64,000 bases of DNA, from NCBI GenBank assembly GCA_963662405.2, contig CAXXKT010000001.1:1280001-1344000 (forward strand), written 5' to 3'. Shown one piece after another: positions 1 to 9,940 of the stretch. The translations under genes and the position numbers were made by a program. Each line of letters opens with the position of its first letter. The first letter of the stretch is position 1. A model generated the notes under the pieces. That model was not told the origin of the DNA, did no database searches, and saw only the letters and a program-made list of their open reading frames with translations. This stretch comes from Syntrophales bacterium (GTDB taxonomy: Bacteria > Desulfobacterota > Syntrophia > Syntrophales > UBA2210).

Positions 1-207
1 TCCTTCGCGACCCCGTGGACCGAGCTGGTGTCGTGGGTGTGGACGTTCATGCATCTCGACGGGGAGGTCATAGCCACACACTCGGGTCAGACCCCGGGGG
101 CCGTCAGTCTGGGAGGAGCCGGGACCTATGTGGTCACTCTGACGGTGACGGATGACAATACCCCCGGCCGGTCGGATACGGCGACGCAGATGGTGACGGT
201 GGAGTAG
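1..207 (+). CDS. PKD-domain protein, C-terminal fragment (runs off the window start)
   Basis: Frame 1 reads SFATPWTELVSWVWTF...GAGTYVVTLTVTDDNTPGRSDTATQMVTVE, stop TAG 205-207; W-x-W-x-F and GTYxVTLTVTD are PKD-domain motifs. Confidence 0.7.
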   Translation, partial: SFATPWTELVSWVWTFMHLDGEVIATHSGQTPGAVSLGGAGTYVVTLTVTDDNTPGRSDTATQMVTVE

Positions 208-248
208 AGGAAAAGCCTGCCTTGATTAATATTAATGGCCGGTGAAGA

Positions 249-593
249 TTATTGTTCTGACGTGGTTTCCGGATACCGGGCCTTCACCGTCGTGGAGATC
301 CCCCCGCGGACGTTGAAGGCCCCCGCCACCTCGACCCGGCGGGGGCGGATGGTCTCAACGAAGTCGTCGAGGATCCGGTTGACCGCCTCCTCGTGGAAGA
401 TCCCCCGGTCGCGGTAGGAGTGCAGGTATAGTTTGAGAGACTTGAGCTCGACCAGGAAGGCGTCGGGCACGTACGTTATCAGGATCTCGGCGAAGTCGGG
501 CTGACCCGTCTTCGGGCAGAGGCAGGTGAATTCCGGGGAGCGGATGACTACCTCGTACTCACGCTCTTTGTAGATGTTTTCTATCGCTTCCAT
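249..593 (-). CDS. queF: NADPH-dependent 7-cyano-7-deazaguanine (preQ0) reductase
   Basis: EFTCLCPKTGQPDF catalytic Cys motif, ELKSLKLY QueF motif, HEE, C-terminal RGGI. Confidence 0.95.
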   Translation of the reverse strand: MEAIENIYKEREYEVVIRSPEFTCLCPKTGQPDFAEILITYVPDAFLVELKSLKLYLHSYRDRGIFHEEAVNRILDDFVETIRPRRVEVAGAFNVRGGISTTVKARYPETTSEQ

Positions 594-1191
594 ACCACCT
601 CACCAGCAGATAACAGAAGGGGGTGTCCAAAAGGGCGATCCCCACCTTGACGATGTACTGACTCATGATCATGACGCCGATCGTCGCCGGGGGGACGGTT
701 CCCCAGAAGGCGATCCCGATGAAGAGGACCGAATCGATCATCTGCGAGACGATCGTCGAGAGGTTGTTGCGGACCCACAGGTGTCTTCCCGCCGTCCGTT
801 CCCGCCACCAGTGGAAGGCCCAGATGTCGTGGTTCTGCGCGATCAGATAGGCGATCACCGATGCCAGGACGATCCGCGGTGTCGATCCGAGGATGACATT
901 GTAGGCCTCCTGATGTCCCCAGAAACCCGCCGGGGGCAGGAGCCTGCCGACCAGGATGGCGATGACCATGAAGAGAGACAGATAGAACCCCGTCATGACC
1001 AGAGAACCGGCGCTCTTCTTACCCTCCACCTCGGCCACGACGTCGGTAAAGAGAAAGGTGAGCGGATACAGGATGATCGCCGCCGGGAGGATCAGTCCTC
1101 CCACCATGATGATCTTCGAGGCCAGGATGTTGGCCAACAGCAGGGAGGCCACGAAGAGATACTTTATCGATTGAATATTTGATGGACCCAT
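559..1191 (-). CDS. yhhQ: queuosine precursor transporter (YhhQ/Vut_1 family)
   Basis: Polytopic membrane protein with YPLTFLFTDVVAEV, RNNLSTIVSQMIDS and ALLDTPF motifs; overlaps queF start. Confidence 0.88.
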   Translation of the reverse strand: MGPSNIQSIKYLFVASLLLANILASKIIMVGGLILPAAIILYPLTFLFTDVVAEVEGKKSAGSLVMTGFYLSLFMVIAILVGRLLPPAGFWGHQEAYNVILGSTPRIVLASVIAYLIAQNHDIWAFHWWRERTAGRHLWVRNNLSTIVSQMIDSVLFIGIAFWGTVPPATIGVMIMSQYIVKVGIALLDTPFCYLLVRWYGSDRKHLQRA

Positions 1192-1299
1192 ATTACATTT
1201 TCATTGCACAAGCTTCATAAATGAGGGTAAGAGGAATATCACCGCGACAGGAATTATGTCAATTGATTTTTCTGAAGATTACCGGTAATAAGACCCGGA

Positions 1300-1942
1300 T
1301 TGGCGAGGGACATGGACGAGACGTATCGTGAGGAGAGGTATAATTACCTGTCGGATGCCGCGGCAGCTATGGATGATGGGCGGTACGACGACGCGATTGC
1401 CCGCGCGGATGCCCGGCTGAAGGACATTCCGGGAGACATGGACGCTCGCCTCGTGAGGGCCGCGTGTCTTGCCCGAATGGGGCATCCGATGGAGGCGTCT
1501 GAAATCGTTGAAGAATGGCAGGCTCTCCTGCGGGAACAGTCCCGGATCTATGAAATCCTTGGAGACTCCTACCGCCGAGGGGGGATGACCGCGGAGGCGA
1601 TCCGTTCCTACGAGCGCTTCATGGGGCTGAATGCCGGGACCGATGAGGCAGAGAGGGTATCCGAAAAGATCGGCGCATTGCGGGTCTCCGATGTGGACAA
1701 TGGTGAAGGGGGAACTTCTCCGCGGTCGGAAGACTTTTACACCATAACCCTGGCCAGGCTGTATGTGAAGCAGGGGACACTTCCTGATGGCCCGGGACGT
1801 GATCGACAAGGTGCTGGAACGGGACCCGGACAGCCCCGATGCCCGCGAATATGCCGGCCTCATCGATCGGTTGGTCGAGCAAGGATGGGATCCGGTGGTT
1901 GATGAATTGAACAGGTGGCTCAGTGTGCTCCACGGACAATGA
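1300..1942 (+). pseudogene. tetratricopeptide-repeat protein with a +1 frameshift (possibly a sequencing error)
   Basis: TPR-like helices; removing one G from the G run at 1773-1776 gives TLARLYVKQGHFLMARDVIDKVLERDPDSPDA...ELNRWLSVLHGQ with stop TGA 1940-1942. Confidence 0.7.
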
Positions 1943-3023
1943 AACCCATACGAGCCCGCAGCTGGAGGAGCGGATCCGGCGTGTGCGGGAGATCCTTTCC
2001 CGCTGTGATGTCGAGGGGATCTTTTTCTTCGGGGAGGCCAATATTCGGTACCTGACCGGTTTTACCGGAAGCGACGGGGTCCTCTTTCTGGGGACGGACC
2101 GGTTGGTCCTCCTGGTGGACGGGCGGTATACGACCCAGGCGAGAAGAGAGGTGGCGTGTGATATCAGCGAGTTCAGCGATCGAACGGAGGGAATGGCCCG
2201 ATTGATCGCCGACAGGGGGGTGAAGCGGGTGGGCCTCGAATCCGCGATCATGACCTTGCGCGACTACCACGCCTTCAAAGACCGGGTGGACGGGATCGCC
2301 CTCAAACCCCTGTCGGGAGAGATAGAGCATATACGGGTCGTCAAGGATGCCGGTGAGCGTAAGCTGCTTCGCGAGGCCGCACGGATCGCCGCCGCGGCGC
2401 TGACGGAGATCCTGGGAGATATCTCTCCCGGTATGGCCGAATGGGAGATCGCCGTGCGCCTGGAGCGCGCAATGCGGCAGGGCGGGGGAGAGAGGCCTTC
2501 CTTCGAGACGATTGTGGCCTCCGGAAGCAACTCCGCTCTTCCCCATGCGACCCCCGGTCGCCGGGAGATACGGGAGGGCGATTTCGTCACCATCGACTAC
2601 GGGACCGTCTGGGGCGGGTATCATTCGGATGAGACCTGCACCGTCGCCGTGGGAGAGATAACGGAGGAGCAGGCTGCCGTGTATGCCGTCGTCAGGGAGG
2701 CACATGACCGGGCAATCGATCGGGTAAGGGCGGGGGTCCCCTGTCGCGATATCGATACCGCCGCACGGGGGCATATCGATACAGCGGGGTACGGCGATTA
2801 TTTTGTACATGGAACGGGGCACGGTGTGGGGCTGGAGGTTCATGAGTCTCCCCGACTCTCCGGACGAGCCGATGATATCCTGGAGGAGGGCATGGTCGTT
2901 ACGGTGGAACCGGGGGTCTATATCCCCGGCCGGTGGGGGGTGCGGATCGAAGATACCGTTATGGTGGGGAGGGACGGATGCGAGATCCTGACCAGGATGT
3001 CGAAGGATCTGAAAATACTATAA
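1923..3023 (+). CDS. Xaa-Pro aminopeptidase/dipeptidase (M24 family)
   Basis: N-terminal RYLTGFTGS and DGRY; catalytic domain HGTGHGVGLEVHE, TVEPGVY, GVRIEDTV; exact start uncertain. Confidence 0.93.
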   Translation: MCSTDNETHTSPQLEERIRRVREILSRCDVEGIFFFGEANIRYLTGFTGSDGVLFLGTDRLVLLVDGRYTTQARREVACDISEFSDRTEGMARLIADRGVKRVGLESAIMTLRDYHAFKDRVDGIALKPLSGEIEHIRVVKDAGERKLLREAARIAAAALTEILGDISPGMAEWEIAVRLERAMRQGGGERPSFETIVASGSNSALPHATPGRREIREGDFVTIDYGTVWGGYHSDETCTVAVGEITEEQAAVYAVVREAHDRAIDRVRAGVPCRDIDTAARGHIDTAGYGDYFVHGTGHGVGLEVHESPRLSGRADDILEEGMVVTVEPGVYIPGRWGVRIEDTVMVGRDGCEILTRMSKDLKIL

Positions 3024-3042
3024 ATGAGTGAGGATTTAACGT

Positions 3043-3438
3043 ATGTCGTTTCCAGATGATTTAATTTACAGTAGCGAGCATACATGGGCGAGGATTGACG
3101 GAGACATAGTGACGGTGGGGATCACCGACTACGCCCAGGACAAACTGGACGAGATCCTCTCGCTGGAATTGTACCCGGTCGATTCGTCGGTCGAACAGGG
3201 GGAACCCTTCGGGGTGATCGAATCCGTCAAGGTAACCACCGAACTGATCTCTCCCGTGAGCGGAGACATCGTCAGTGTCAATGAGGACCTTGCCGACGAT
3301 GTGGGTATCCTCAACAGTGATACGTATGATACGGGATGGATGATCACCGTCGAGATAAGCGATACGGGCGAACTCGATAACCTCATGGATGCGGAGGAAT
3401 ACGCGGATTACATAGAAGCGAATGAGGAGGAAGAGTAA
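3043..3438 (+). CDS. gcvH: glycine cleavage system H protein (lipoyl carrier)
   Basis: HTW, VGITDYAQDKL, lipoyl-lysine motif IESVK, SPVSG, GW. Confidence 0.93.
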   Translation: MSFPDDLIYSSEHTWARIDGDIVTVGITDYAQDKLDEILSLELYPVDSSVEQGEPFGVIESVKVTTELISPVSGDIVSVNEDLADDVGILNSDTYDTGWMITVEISDTGELDNLMDAEEYADYIEANEEEE

Positions 3439-3443
3439 GGTCG

Positions 3444-4271
3444 GTGGACACCTGGAGATTGCTCCCGTTCAGGCGATATGATCCCTTTGAGAACATGGCC
3501 ATCGACGAGGCCCTGTTCCGGGTACACCAGCAGGAAGGGGGATCCCCGGTCCTCCGGTTTTTCGGTTGGAAAGACCCGGCCGTCTCACTTGGCTATTTCC
3601 AGGACGTTGAAGCGGAGATTAATGGTGAGTATTGTCGCGACAAAGGAATCAAGATCGTCCGGCGGCCGACGGGGGGGAAGGGGGTGCTCCACGGCGGAGA
3701 CCTGACCTATTCCCTTGTGGCCCGGGAGAACACGCCCCTGTTTTCCCCCGACATCATTGAAACGTACCGAACCGTGAGCAGATGCCTCATACGGGGTCTT
3801 GACCGGTCCGGGGTTGCAGTGGAGATCGTCAAAGAGGGACGGGGCGGGTCCGGGCCGGGAGGCGGGTTCTGCTTTACCACCCCGTACAAGAATGAAATTC
3901 TTGCGGGGGGGAGAAAGATCTGCGGCAGTGCCCAGATACGGGCGCGGGGCGTCTTCCTCCAGCATGGGTCCGTCCTGATTGATTTCGACCTCCACACGGC
4001 CTGCGCGGCAATGGGAAAAAGAGGAGACCCCAACCTCAAGGCGCTAAAAATCGCGTCTGCCGTCACCTCTGTCCGCGAGACGGTCGGGAAGGATATCGGC
4101 ATCGATACCTTGTGCCGGAATATCAGGGCCGGATTCGAAGAGATCCTGCAGGTGAGGCTGGTAGAGGGCGCGCTCTCCCCCGAGGAAGAGGCCCTGAAGG
4201 CCCGGCTTCTTGAAGAGAAATATCACTCTGACGAATGGAATATGAAAGGACGGGGAGGACGTGGATATTGA
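3444..4271 (+). CDS. lipoate-protein ligase A / LipM-like octanoyltransferase
   Basis: NMAIDEAL, VRRPTGGKGVLH, GRKICGSAQ, LQHGS motifs; adjacent to gcvH. Confidence 0.9.
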   Translation: MDTWRLLPFRRYDPFENMAIDEALFRVHQQEGGSPVLRFFGWKDPAVSLGYFQDVEAEINGEYCRDKGIKIVRRPTGGKGVLHGGDLTYSLVARENTPLFSPDIIETYRTVSRCLIRGLDRSGVAVEIVKEGRGGSGPGGGFCFTTPYKNEILAGGRKICGSAQIRARGVFLQHGSVLIDFDLHTACAAMGKRGDPNLKALKIASAVTSVRETVGKDIGIDTLCRNIRAGFEEILQVRLVEGALSPEEEALKARLLEEKYHSDEWNMKGRGGRGY

Positions 4272-5322
4272 GAAGGTCATAAAAGAGGGGATACGCTCAC
4301 AGAACGCATACCCCGCCGAGGAGCAGCCCTACCGTATCAAACTTGATGCCAATGAGAACCCGTATCCGCTTCCCCTTTCCCTGAAGCGCGTTATCTTCGA
4401 ACGCCTGGAAGGGGTGTCTCTCAACCGCTATCCAACCCCCGGATCCCCGGGCCTGAGAGCGGCTTTTGCCCGTTACTATGGCGTGGACGAAGAGATGATC
4501 CTCATGGGGAATGGGTCGGACGAGCTGATCCAGATCCTGCTCACGGCCGTCGGTGGTCCCGCGCCCTGCCGTATCCTCTTCCCGACCCCCACCTTCGCGA
4601 TGTACCGGATCGGTGCCCTGAACGCGGGACACGGGGTCGTGGAGATCCCCTTGAACAATCGCTTCGACCTGGATGCGGAGGCCATGCTTGCCGCGATAGC
4701 CGAGACACATCCCCCCCTTACAATCCTCAGCTACCCCAACAATCCCACGGGGGGATGCTTCGACAGGGAGGTAATCGAGCGGATCCTGGCGGCGTCCGAT
4801 GGTCTCGTGGTGATCGATGAGGCCTACGGCAATTTTTCGGGGAAGACCTTTCTTCCCGATCTCGGCCGATGGGATAATCTGGTTATCCTGAGGACCCTCT
4901 CCAAGATAGGGCTGGCGGCCCTGAGGTTGGGGATTCTCGTCGCATCCCCTTCGCTGGTTCATCAGCTGAATAAGGTGCGGCTCCCCTATAATGTGAATAT
5001 CTTCTCGCAGGTGGTCGGTGAGGTCTTTGTCGAATACCGAGAGACATTTCTGGAATCGGTTGACAGAATTCGTGCGGACAGGAAATGGCTTTCGGACGAA
5101 CTGGCGGCGATCGACGGGATCACCCCGTACCCGTCGGACGCAAACTTTATCCTTTTTAGTTGTGCTACGAGAAAAGATGATATATACGAACATTTGGTTG
5201 ATAAGGGGATCCTAGTCAAGACATTTACGTCCCCTGCCGCTCTCGGAGACTGCATGCGGGTCACGGTCGGCACAACGGGGGAAAACAGGGCGTTTATCGA
5301 GGCCCTGAGAGATATTCTGTAG
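4261..5322 (+). CDS. hisC: histidinol-phosphate aminotransferase
   Basis: KLDANENP, GNGSDELI, PNNPTG, DEAY, LRTLSK (PLP lysine). Confidence 0.93.
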   Translation: MDIEKVIKEGIRSQNAYPAEEQPYRIKLDANENPYPLPLSLKRVIFERLEGVSLNRYPTPGSPGLRAAFARYYGVDEEMILMGNGSDELIQILLTAVGGPAPCRILFPTPTFAMYRIGALNAGHGVVEIPLNNRFDLDAEAMLAAIAETHPPLTILSYPNNPTGGCFDREVIERILAASDGLVVIDEAYGNFSGKTFLPDLGRWDNLVILRTLSKIGLAALRLGILVASPSLVHQLNKVRLPYNVNIFSQVVGEVFVEYRETFLESVDRIRADRKWLSDELAAIDGITPYPSDANFILFSCATRKDDIYEHLVDKGILVKTFTSPAALGDCMRVTVGTTGENRAFIEALRDIL

Positions 5323-5353
5323 GGAGAGTGATAATTACATAGAGAAACAGAGA

Positions 5354-5398
5354 GGGGTGGATGGCGACTGTGTTGCAGGGTCGTTCTGCCCCTTTTTT
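5354..5398 (+). terminator. putative intrinsic terminator after hisC
   Basis: Imperfect stem GGGGTGGATGGCGAC...GTCGTTCTGCCCC followed by T6. Confidence 0.5.
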
Positions 5399-5480
5399 GT
5401 GTCTCGGCCACTTATTAATCGACACCGGCTGTTGTTCCCGCGGGAAGCATGCCGTGCGATACGGAAGGAGGTGAAGGTGC

Positions 5481-5681
5481 GTGGAGGTACGAGTATTCGA
5501 TAACGATGTCGAAAAGGCATTGAAGGTCTTGAAGAACAAGCTTTCGAAGAGCGGGTTTTTCAAGGAACTCAAGCTGCGCAGGGCGTACGAAAAGCCGTCC
5601 GTCAAGAAGAAGAGGAAGGCCCTGGAAGCCCGGAGGAGAGTTGCCAAGGCGGCGAGGAGACGCAGGTGGTCTTCCCGATAG
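5481..5681 (+). CDS. rpsU: 30S ribosomal protein S21
   Basis: VEKALKVLK...RRAYEKPSVKKKRK; strong SD AGGAGG upstream of GTG. Confidence 0.95.
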   Translation: MEVRVFDNDVEKALKVLKNKLSKSGFFKELKLRRAYEKPSVKKKRKALEARRRVAKAARRRRWSSR

Positions 5682-5764
5682 CCGACGGCGCCGCTGTCCT
5701 GTGTGCATAACGGCGAGGTGCAGAGAAGGCGTTCGCCGATCTGTAGTCGTGCTCTGGAGGAGAT

Positions 5765-6418
5765 ATGGAAGAAAAGCAATATCTTGTGGATGCCCTGTCT
5801 GTGGATGAGTCGTGGCGTGTCTTCCGGATCATGGCGGAGTTTGTGGACGCCATCGAAGAGCTCTCACGGGTCGGGCATGCCGTGAGTATCTTCGGGTCGG
5901 CCAGAGATGCCCCGGGAGATATCTATTACGAGAAGGCACGGGAGGTTGCCCGTCTTCTCGGTGCAAAGGGATTCAGTGTCATTACCGGTGGGGGACCCGG
6001 GATCATGGAGGCAGCCAATCGAGGGGCCAGTGAGGCGGGGGCCCCCTCGGTCGGGATGAACATCCAGCTTCCCTTTGAACAAACCCCGAATCCCTACACC
6101 ACAATCAGCATTGCCTACAAGTATTTCTTTATCCGGAAGGTCATGTTTGTCAAGTATGCTATGGCCTATGTCATTCTTCCCGGGGGATTCGGGACCATGG
6201 ATGAACTCTTTGAGGCCCTCACCCTCATCCAGACGAAGCGGATACGGAGCTTTCCGGTTGTTCTCATGGGAAGCGACTACTGGGGTGGATTGATCGACTG
6301 GATCAAGAACACCATGCTCCCGAGGGGAAAGATCTCCGAAGAGGACCTCGATCTGATTCAGGTCATTGACGAACCGGATCAGGTGGTACGACATATCCAG
6401 AAATTCGTTGTACTGTAA
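5765..6418 (+). CDS. LOG-family (TIGR00730-type) nucleotide-binding protein
   Basis: IFGSAR, TGGGPGIMEAANRGA, RKVMFVK, PGGFGTMDE. Confidence 0.92.
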   Translation: MEEKQYLVDALSVDESWRVFRIMAEFVDAIEELSRVGHAVSIFGSARDAPGDIYYEKAREVARLLGAKGFSVITGGGPGIMEAANRGASEAGAPSVGMNIQLPFEQTPNPYTTISIAYKYFFIRKVMFVKYAMAYVILPGGFGTMDELFEALTLIQTKRIRSFPVVLMGSDYWGGLIDWIKNTMLPRGKISEEDLDLIQVIDEPDQVVRHIQKFVVL

Positions 6419-6423
6419 GCGAC

Positions 6424-7770
6424 ATGGACGCAACACTCAAGAAAGTCCTCGGTGATATCAGCAGGGGGGATGTTTCCCCCTGCTATCTGATCTACGGGGA
6501 TGAAGAATTCCTGGTAGCGGACGCCGTGGGCCGGATCATCGACGTCCTCCTTCCCCCTGACCGGCGAGACCTCGGGCTCTTCCATATGGAAGGAGAAAAC
6601 GAGGAAGTGGACGCCCTCTGTGATTCTCTTCTTATGCCCCCCCTCCTCCCCGGTCGGAAGGTTCTGGTGGTGAGAGGGACACGTCTCTTTCAGTCCCGGG
6701 CGTCATCTCCCAACGTCATCGGTGAAATCAAGACACACCTTGCGGACGACCCCCGGCGGGCCGCACGGGCCTTTCTCTCCCTCATGGAGGTGGCGGGCTG
6801 GTCCGTGGGAGATCTCCGGGACGGACAGTGGAAGAGAATCACCGATGATGAGTGGCGGAGTGCGACCGGAAGCCCGGCGACGGACCGGGGAGAGTGGCTC
6901 CCCGCGGTCCTCGAGCTGTGTGAACGGCTGCAGGTATCAGGGGGCAGGGGGCAGGGGGATGTCAGCAGGTTGGAAGAAGTCTTGAGGGATGGGCTGCCTG
7001 CGGACAACTGTCTCGTCATGACCGCCGCCACCGTTGATAAACGGAAGAAGCTCTTCAAGGAGATTCAAGATATAGGAGTTGTCCTTTCCTTTGTGCAGGC
7101 CAGAAGCGAGTCTGGAAGACAGACCCTGCTTGCGGAGAGGGTAAAAGATGTCCTCGCGGAGCGGGGGAAAAAAATAACACCGGAGGCCCTCCGCGCCCTG
7201 GGAGGGAAGACGGGGTTTGTCCTTCGTGATTCGCTGCAGGAGATCGAGAAGCTGATTGCCTATGTGGGTGACCGGGAGACGGTTGACCGGGGCGATGTCG
7301 ACGCGGTTGTTGAAAAGACCGCGGAGGATTCGGTCTTCAACCTTACAAATGCCATCGTGGAACGAGATGCCGTTGCGGCGCTCCGTACTCTTGGAGATCT
7401 CCTCGACCGGGGGACCAACCATATCCTCATCCTGACGATGATTGCCCGGGAGGTGCGATTTCTCCTTCAGGGGCATATCCTCCTCGCGTCGGGGAAAATT
7501 CCTTCATTGCGCCCGCGTATGGACTATGGCGGTTTTCAGACCGGCATCTACCCGGCGGTCAAGGCCTTGGCGAGGAACAAAGGCACATGGCTCGCGAATC
7601 AGCACCCGTACGTCATCTACAACGCCCTCAGGAATGCCGGTCGGTTTTCCCGGGAAGAACTGATCGGGTATATGGAGCGTCTTGCCGATCTGGATCGTGC
7701 CATGAAGTCCTCCGGTGTCGATCCCGGACTGGCACTGAGAAATCTTCTTATCGTGATGTGCCGCCGATGA
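6424..7770 (+). CDS. holA: DNA polymerase III delta subunit
   Basis: YLIYGDEEFL N-terminus, VDKRKKLFK, EIEKLIAYVG, DLDRAMKSS C-terminus; contains an insertion. Confidence 0.85.
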   Translation: MDATLKKVLGDISRGDVSPCYLIYGDEEFLVADAVGRIIDVLLPPDRRDLGLFHMEGENEEVDALCDSLLMPPLLPGRKVLVVRGTRLFQSRASSPNVIGEIKTHLADDPRRAARAFLSLMEVAGWSVGDLRDGQWKRITDDEWRSATGSPATDRGEWLPAVLELCERLQVSGGRGQGDVSRLEEVLRDGLPADNCLVMTAATVDKRKKLFKEIQDIGVVLSFVQARSESGRQTLLAERVKDVLAERGKKITPEALRALGGKTGFVLRDSLQEIEKLIAYVGDRETVDRGDVDAVVEKTAEDSVFNLTNAIVERDAVAALRTLGDLLDRGTNHILILTMIAREVRFLLQGHILLASGKIPSLRPRMDYGGFQTGIYPAVKALARNKGTWLANQHPYVIYNALRNAGRFSREELIGYMERLADLDRAMKSSGVDPGLALRNLLIVMCRR

Positions 7771-7823
7771 ACGGGTGAGCAGTGGTCGTTACGCGTCGTG
7801 CCTCTCTGCGGGGATGCCTTGTG

Positions 7824-8345
7824 TCACAGCTTGTACAGGATCCTCCGGATCCGTCGCTCCCGCTTTGAGAGCTTCCGCGCGCTCCCCTTCTTTCTGGTCC
7901 CTGATTCCGGGTACCAATTATCGTCTTCCCCGGGGGACTCCTCGACGAGGGGTAACCATGCCGTGTCCATCCGCCCCTCGAATTCGGGTGATGGTATCGC
8001 CACCCCCCCCGCCCGCTCGGTTGCCTGTGCAACCTCCCTGTCGGAGCTGATGACCACCAGTTCTTTCCCCTTTTCCGTCCGGGCCATCCGCTTGATCACC
8101 TCATCCGCCGTCTCTCCCCTCCGTGAGTAGACAACGGTGACCCCATTTTCCCGGAGGCGTTCTTCATGCGCGCCGCCGCCAGCCCATCCGTCGAAGACCA
8201 CCGTTATGGTGTGCCCCCGTGACTTTCGATACGCGGCGAGCCGGCCTATCAGTTCAGTCCTTCCCTCCTCCAGGCTTCGCTTGTCGATACGCCGGAGGGT
8301 GTCGGATTGTCTGATCAGGTTGTAACCGTCGATAATGATATGCAC
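7824..8345 (-). CDS. NYN-domain (YacP-like) protein
   Basis: GTG start then HIIIDGYNLI, VVFDG, ETADEVI, VISSDRE acidic PIN/NYN motifs. Confidence 0.85.
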   Translation of the reverse strand: MHIIIDGYNLIRQSDTLRRIDKRSLEEGRTELIGRLAAYRKSRGHTITVVFDGWAGGGAHEERLRENGVTVVYSRRGETADEVIKRMARTEKGKELVVISSDREVAQATERAGGVAIPSPEFEGRMDTAWLPLVEESPGEDDNWYPESGTRKKGSARKLSKRERRIRRILYKL

Positions 8346-8431
8346 GGTGGTGCTTCCTTGCGCGAAAAAGGGGGCGTCCTGTCTGCCGTTCGGAACGTCC
8401 CCGAGATGGTTCCTCACCGGAAGATCGAAGA

Positions 8432-9088
8432 TCATGCCCCCAATATGGTTTTCATCTCTCTGATTGTGCGTGTGTAATCATCGCTGAGAAATATGGCGGA
8501 TCCCGCCACGAAGAGGTCGGCTCCGGCCTCACTAACAGTTGCCATGTTCCGAAGGGTGATCCCCCCGTCCACCTCGAGGAGGACACGGGGGAAGGTGCGG
8601 TCCAGCATTTCCCGTGTTCTTCGTATCTTGGGGAGCATGGTCTCGATAAACGCCTGCCCCCCGAATCCGGGGTTGACCGTCATGATGAGGAGGAGGTCGA
8701 TGTCACCGAGGACCTCTTCAACGGCGCTAAGAGGGGTTGCCGGGTTAAGTGAGACCCCTGCCCGCGCCCCCGTCTCCCTGATCAGGTGAACCGTCCGATG
8801 GAGGTGGCGCGCCGCCTCGGCATGCACGGTAATGATGTCGCTCCCCGCCTCCGCGAAGGCGGAGACATATCGATCGGGTTCTTTGATCATCAGGTGGACA
8901 TCAAGGGGAACACGAGCGATCTTTTTGATGGAGGCCACGACGGGAGGACCGATGGTGATGTTCGGGACGAAGTGTCCGTCCATGACATCGACGTGGATCA
9001 TATCCGCCCCGGCTTCCTCAACGGCCCGGATCTCATCGCCGAGTCTGCTGAAGTCGGCGGAAAGTATGGATGGTGCGATCTGTTTCAT
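8432..9088 (-). CDS. rpe: ribulose-phosphate 3-epimerase
   Basis: IAPSILSADF, HVDVMDGHFVPN, MTVNPGFGGQ, VDGG, VAGSAIF. Confidence 0.97.
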   Translation of the reverse strand: MKQIAPSILSADFSRLGDEIRAVEEAGADMIHVDVMDGHFVPNITIGPPVVASIKKIARVPLDVHLMIKEPDRYVSAFAEAGSDIITVHAEAARHLHRTVHLIRETGARAGVSLNPATPLSAVEEVLGDIDLLLIMTVNPGFGGQAFIETMLPKIRRTREMLDRTFPRVLLEVDGGITLRNMATVSEAGADLFVAGSAIFLSDDYTRTIREMKTILGA

Positions 9089-9089
9089 A

Positions 9090-9824
9090 TCAGAATTTCA
9101 TGATGAGTACGTGTATCATCCCCGTGTCAACTTCCTTCAGGGCCAGTCGAAGCTCACGTATCTGTTCTTTCACCTCGCCGGGGAAGAAAATAAAACCGTG
9201 CGATATGTCATTGGGGGGAACCGGTCGTTCTTCGAGTGACCGGTTGCGGAGGTCTTCGCCGATCCGGTGCGGTACTGCCTGATTGGCCAGTCCCGTCGCC
9301 CCCCCCATGGTGAGACCGGCGGCGGCCCCGAGGGCGGCTCCCGCCGCCGTCGATTCACCGACACTCCCGCCGGTGACGATTCCGATCGCGGCCCCGATGA
9401 CTGCACCGGCCGCACCCGCCAAGAGACCGGCCCGCGATCCTTCGGGGAGGACCTCTCCGAGATCCGTCTGCCGCGCGATCCGGTCATAGGCCAACTCCTG
9501 GTTCAGGACCGGCCAGAGGTTACTCGTAACATCCACCAGATAGGTCCGGCTCGCGATGACCTGCAGAGGGTGATTCCCTCGGTTGTCGAAAATCACCTGA
9601 ACGGGGAGTACCCCCCAGCCGACGATATCAAACCCGAAGGCGATCTCCGCCTCTTCGCGGGTGTAGCTCCGCGCCGCCACGGTCGTATTCGCCACCTCGA
9701 TCGCATTGATGTAGGCGTCCGGCATCTTGAAGGGGACCACCGTGCGTTCATACCGTGCACACCCGATTGTCGTACATAGCAGGAAAATCATGACGGCAAC
9801 CCATGCCCTGTCTTTTCGTGTCAT
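9090..9824 (-). CDS. putative lipoprotein with glycine-zipper segment
   Basis: Signal peptide with lipobox-like TIG-C; GAAGAVIGAAIG...GAALGAAAG glycine zipper. Confidence 0.7.
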   Translation of the reverse strand: MTRKDRAWVAVMIFLLCTTIGCARYERTVVPFKMPDAYINAIEVANTTVAARSYTREEAEIAFGFDIVGWGVLPVQVIFDNRGNHPLQVIASRTYLVDVTSNLWPVLNQELAYDRIARQTDLGEVLPEGSRAGLLAGAAGAVIGAAIGIVTGGSVGESTAAGAALGAAAGLTMGGATGLANQAVPHRIGEDLRNRSLEERPVPPNDISHGFIFFPGEVKEQIRELRLALKEVDTGMIHVLIMKF

Positions 9825-9940
9825 TGCCCCGGTTCCTTTTGTCTGTGATATGTTTAAGGATAATAATATCTTTTGTCATCCCTGTCAATCGGATTGTCGT
9901 GCTTGACAGGAACGGAAAAGGCCAGTATGTTTCAGCGACT

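Noticed and set aside
1192..1300. Possible preQ1 riboswitch upstream of yhhQ-queF
   Set aside because: The short leader lacks a recognisable preQ1 stem-loop and A-rich pseudoknot tail
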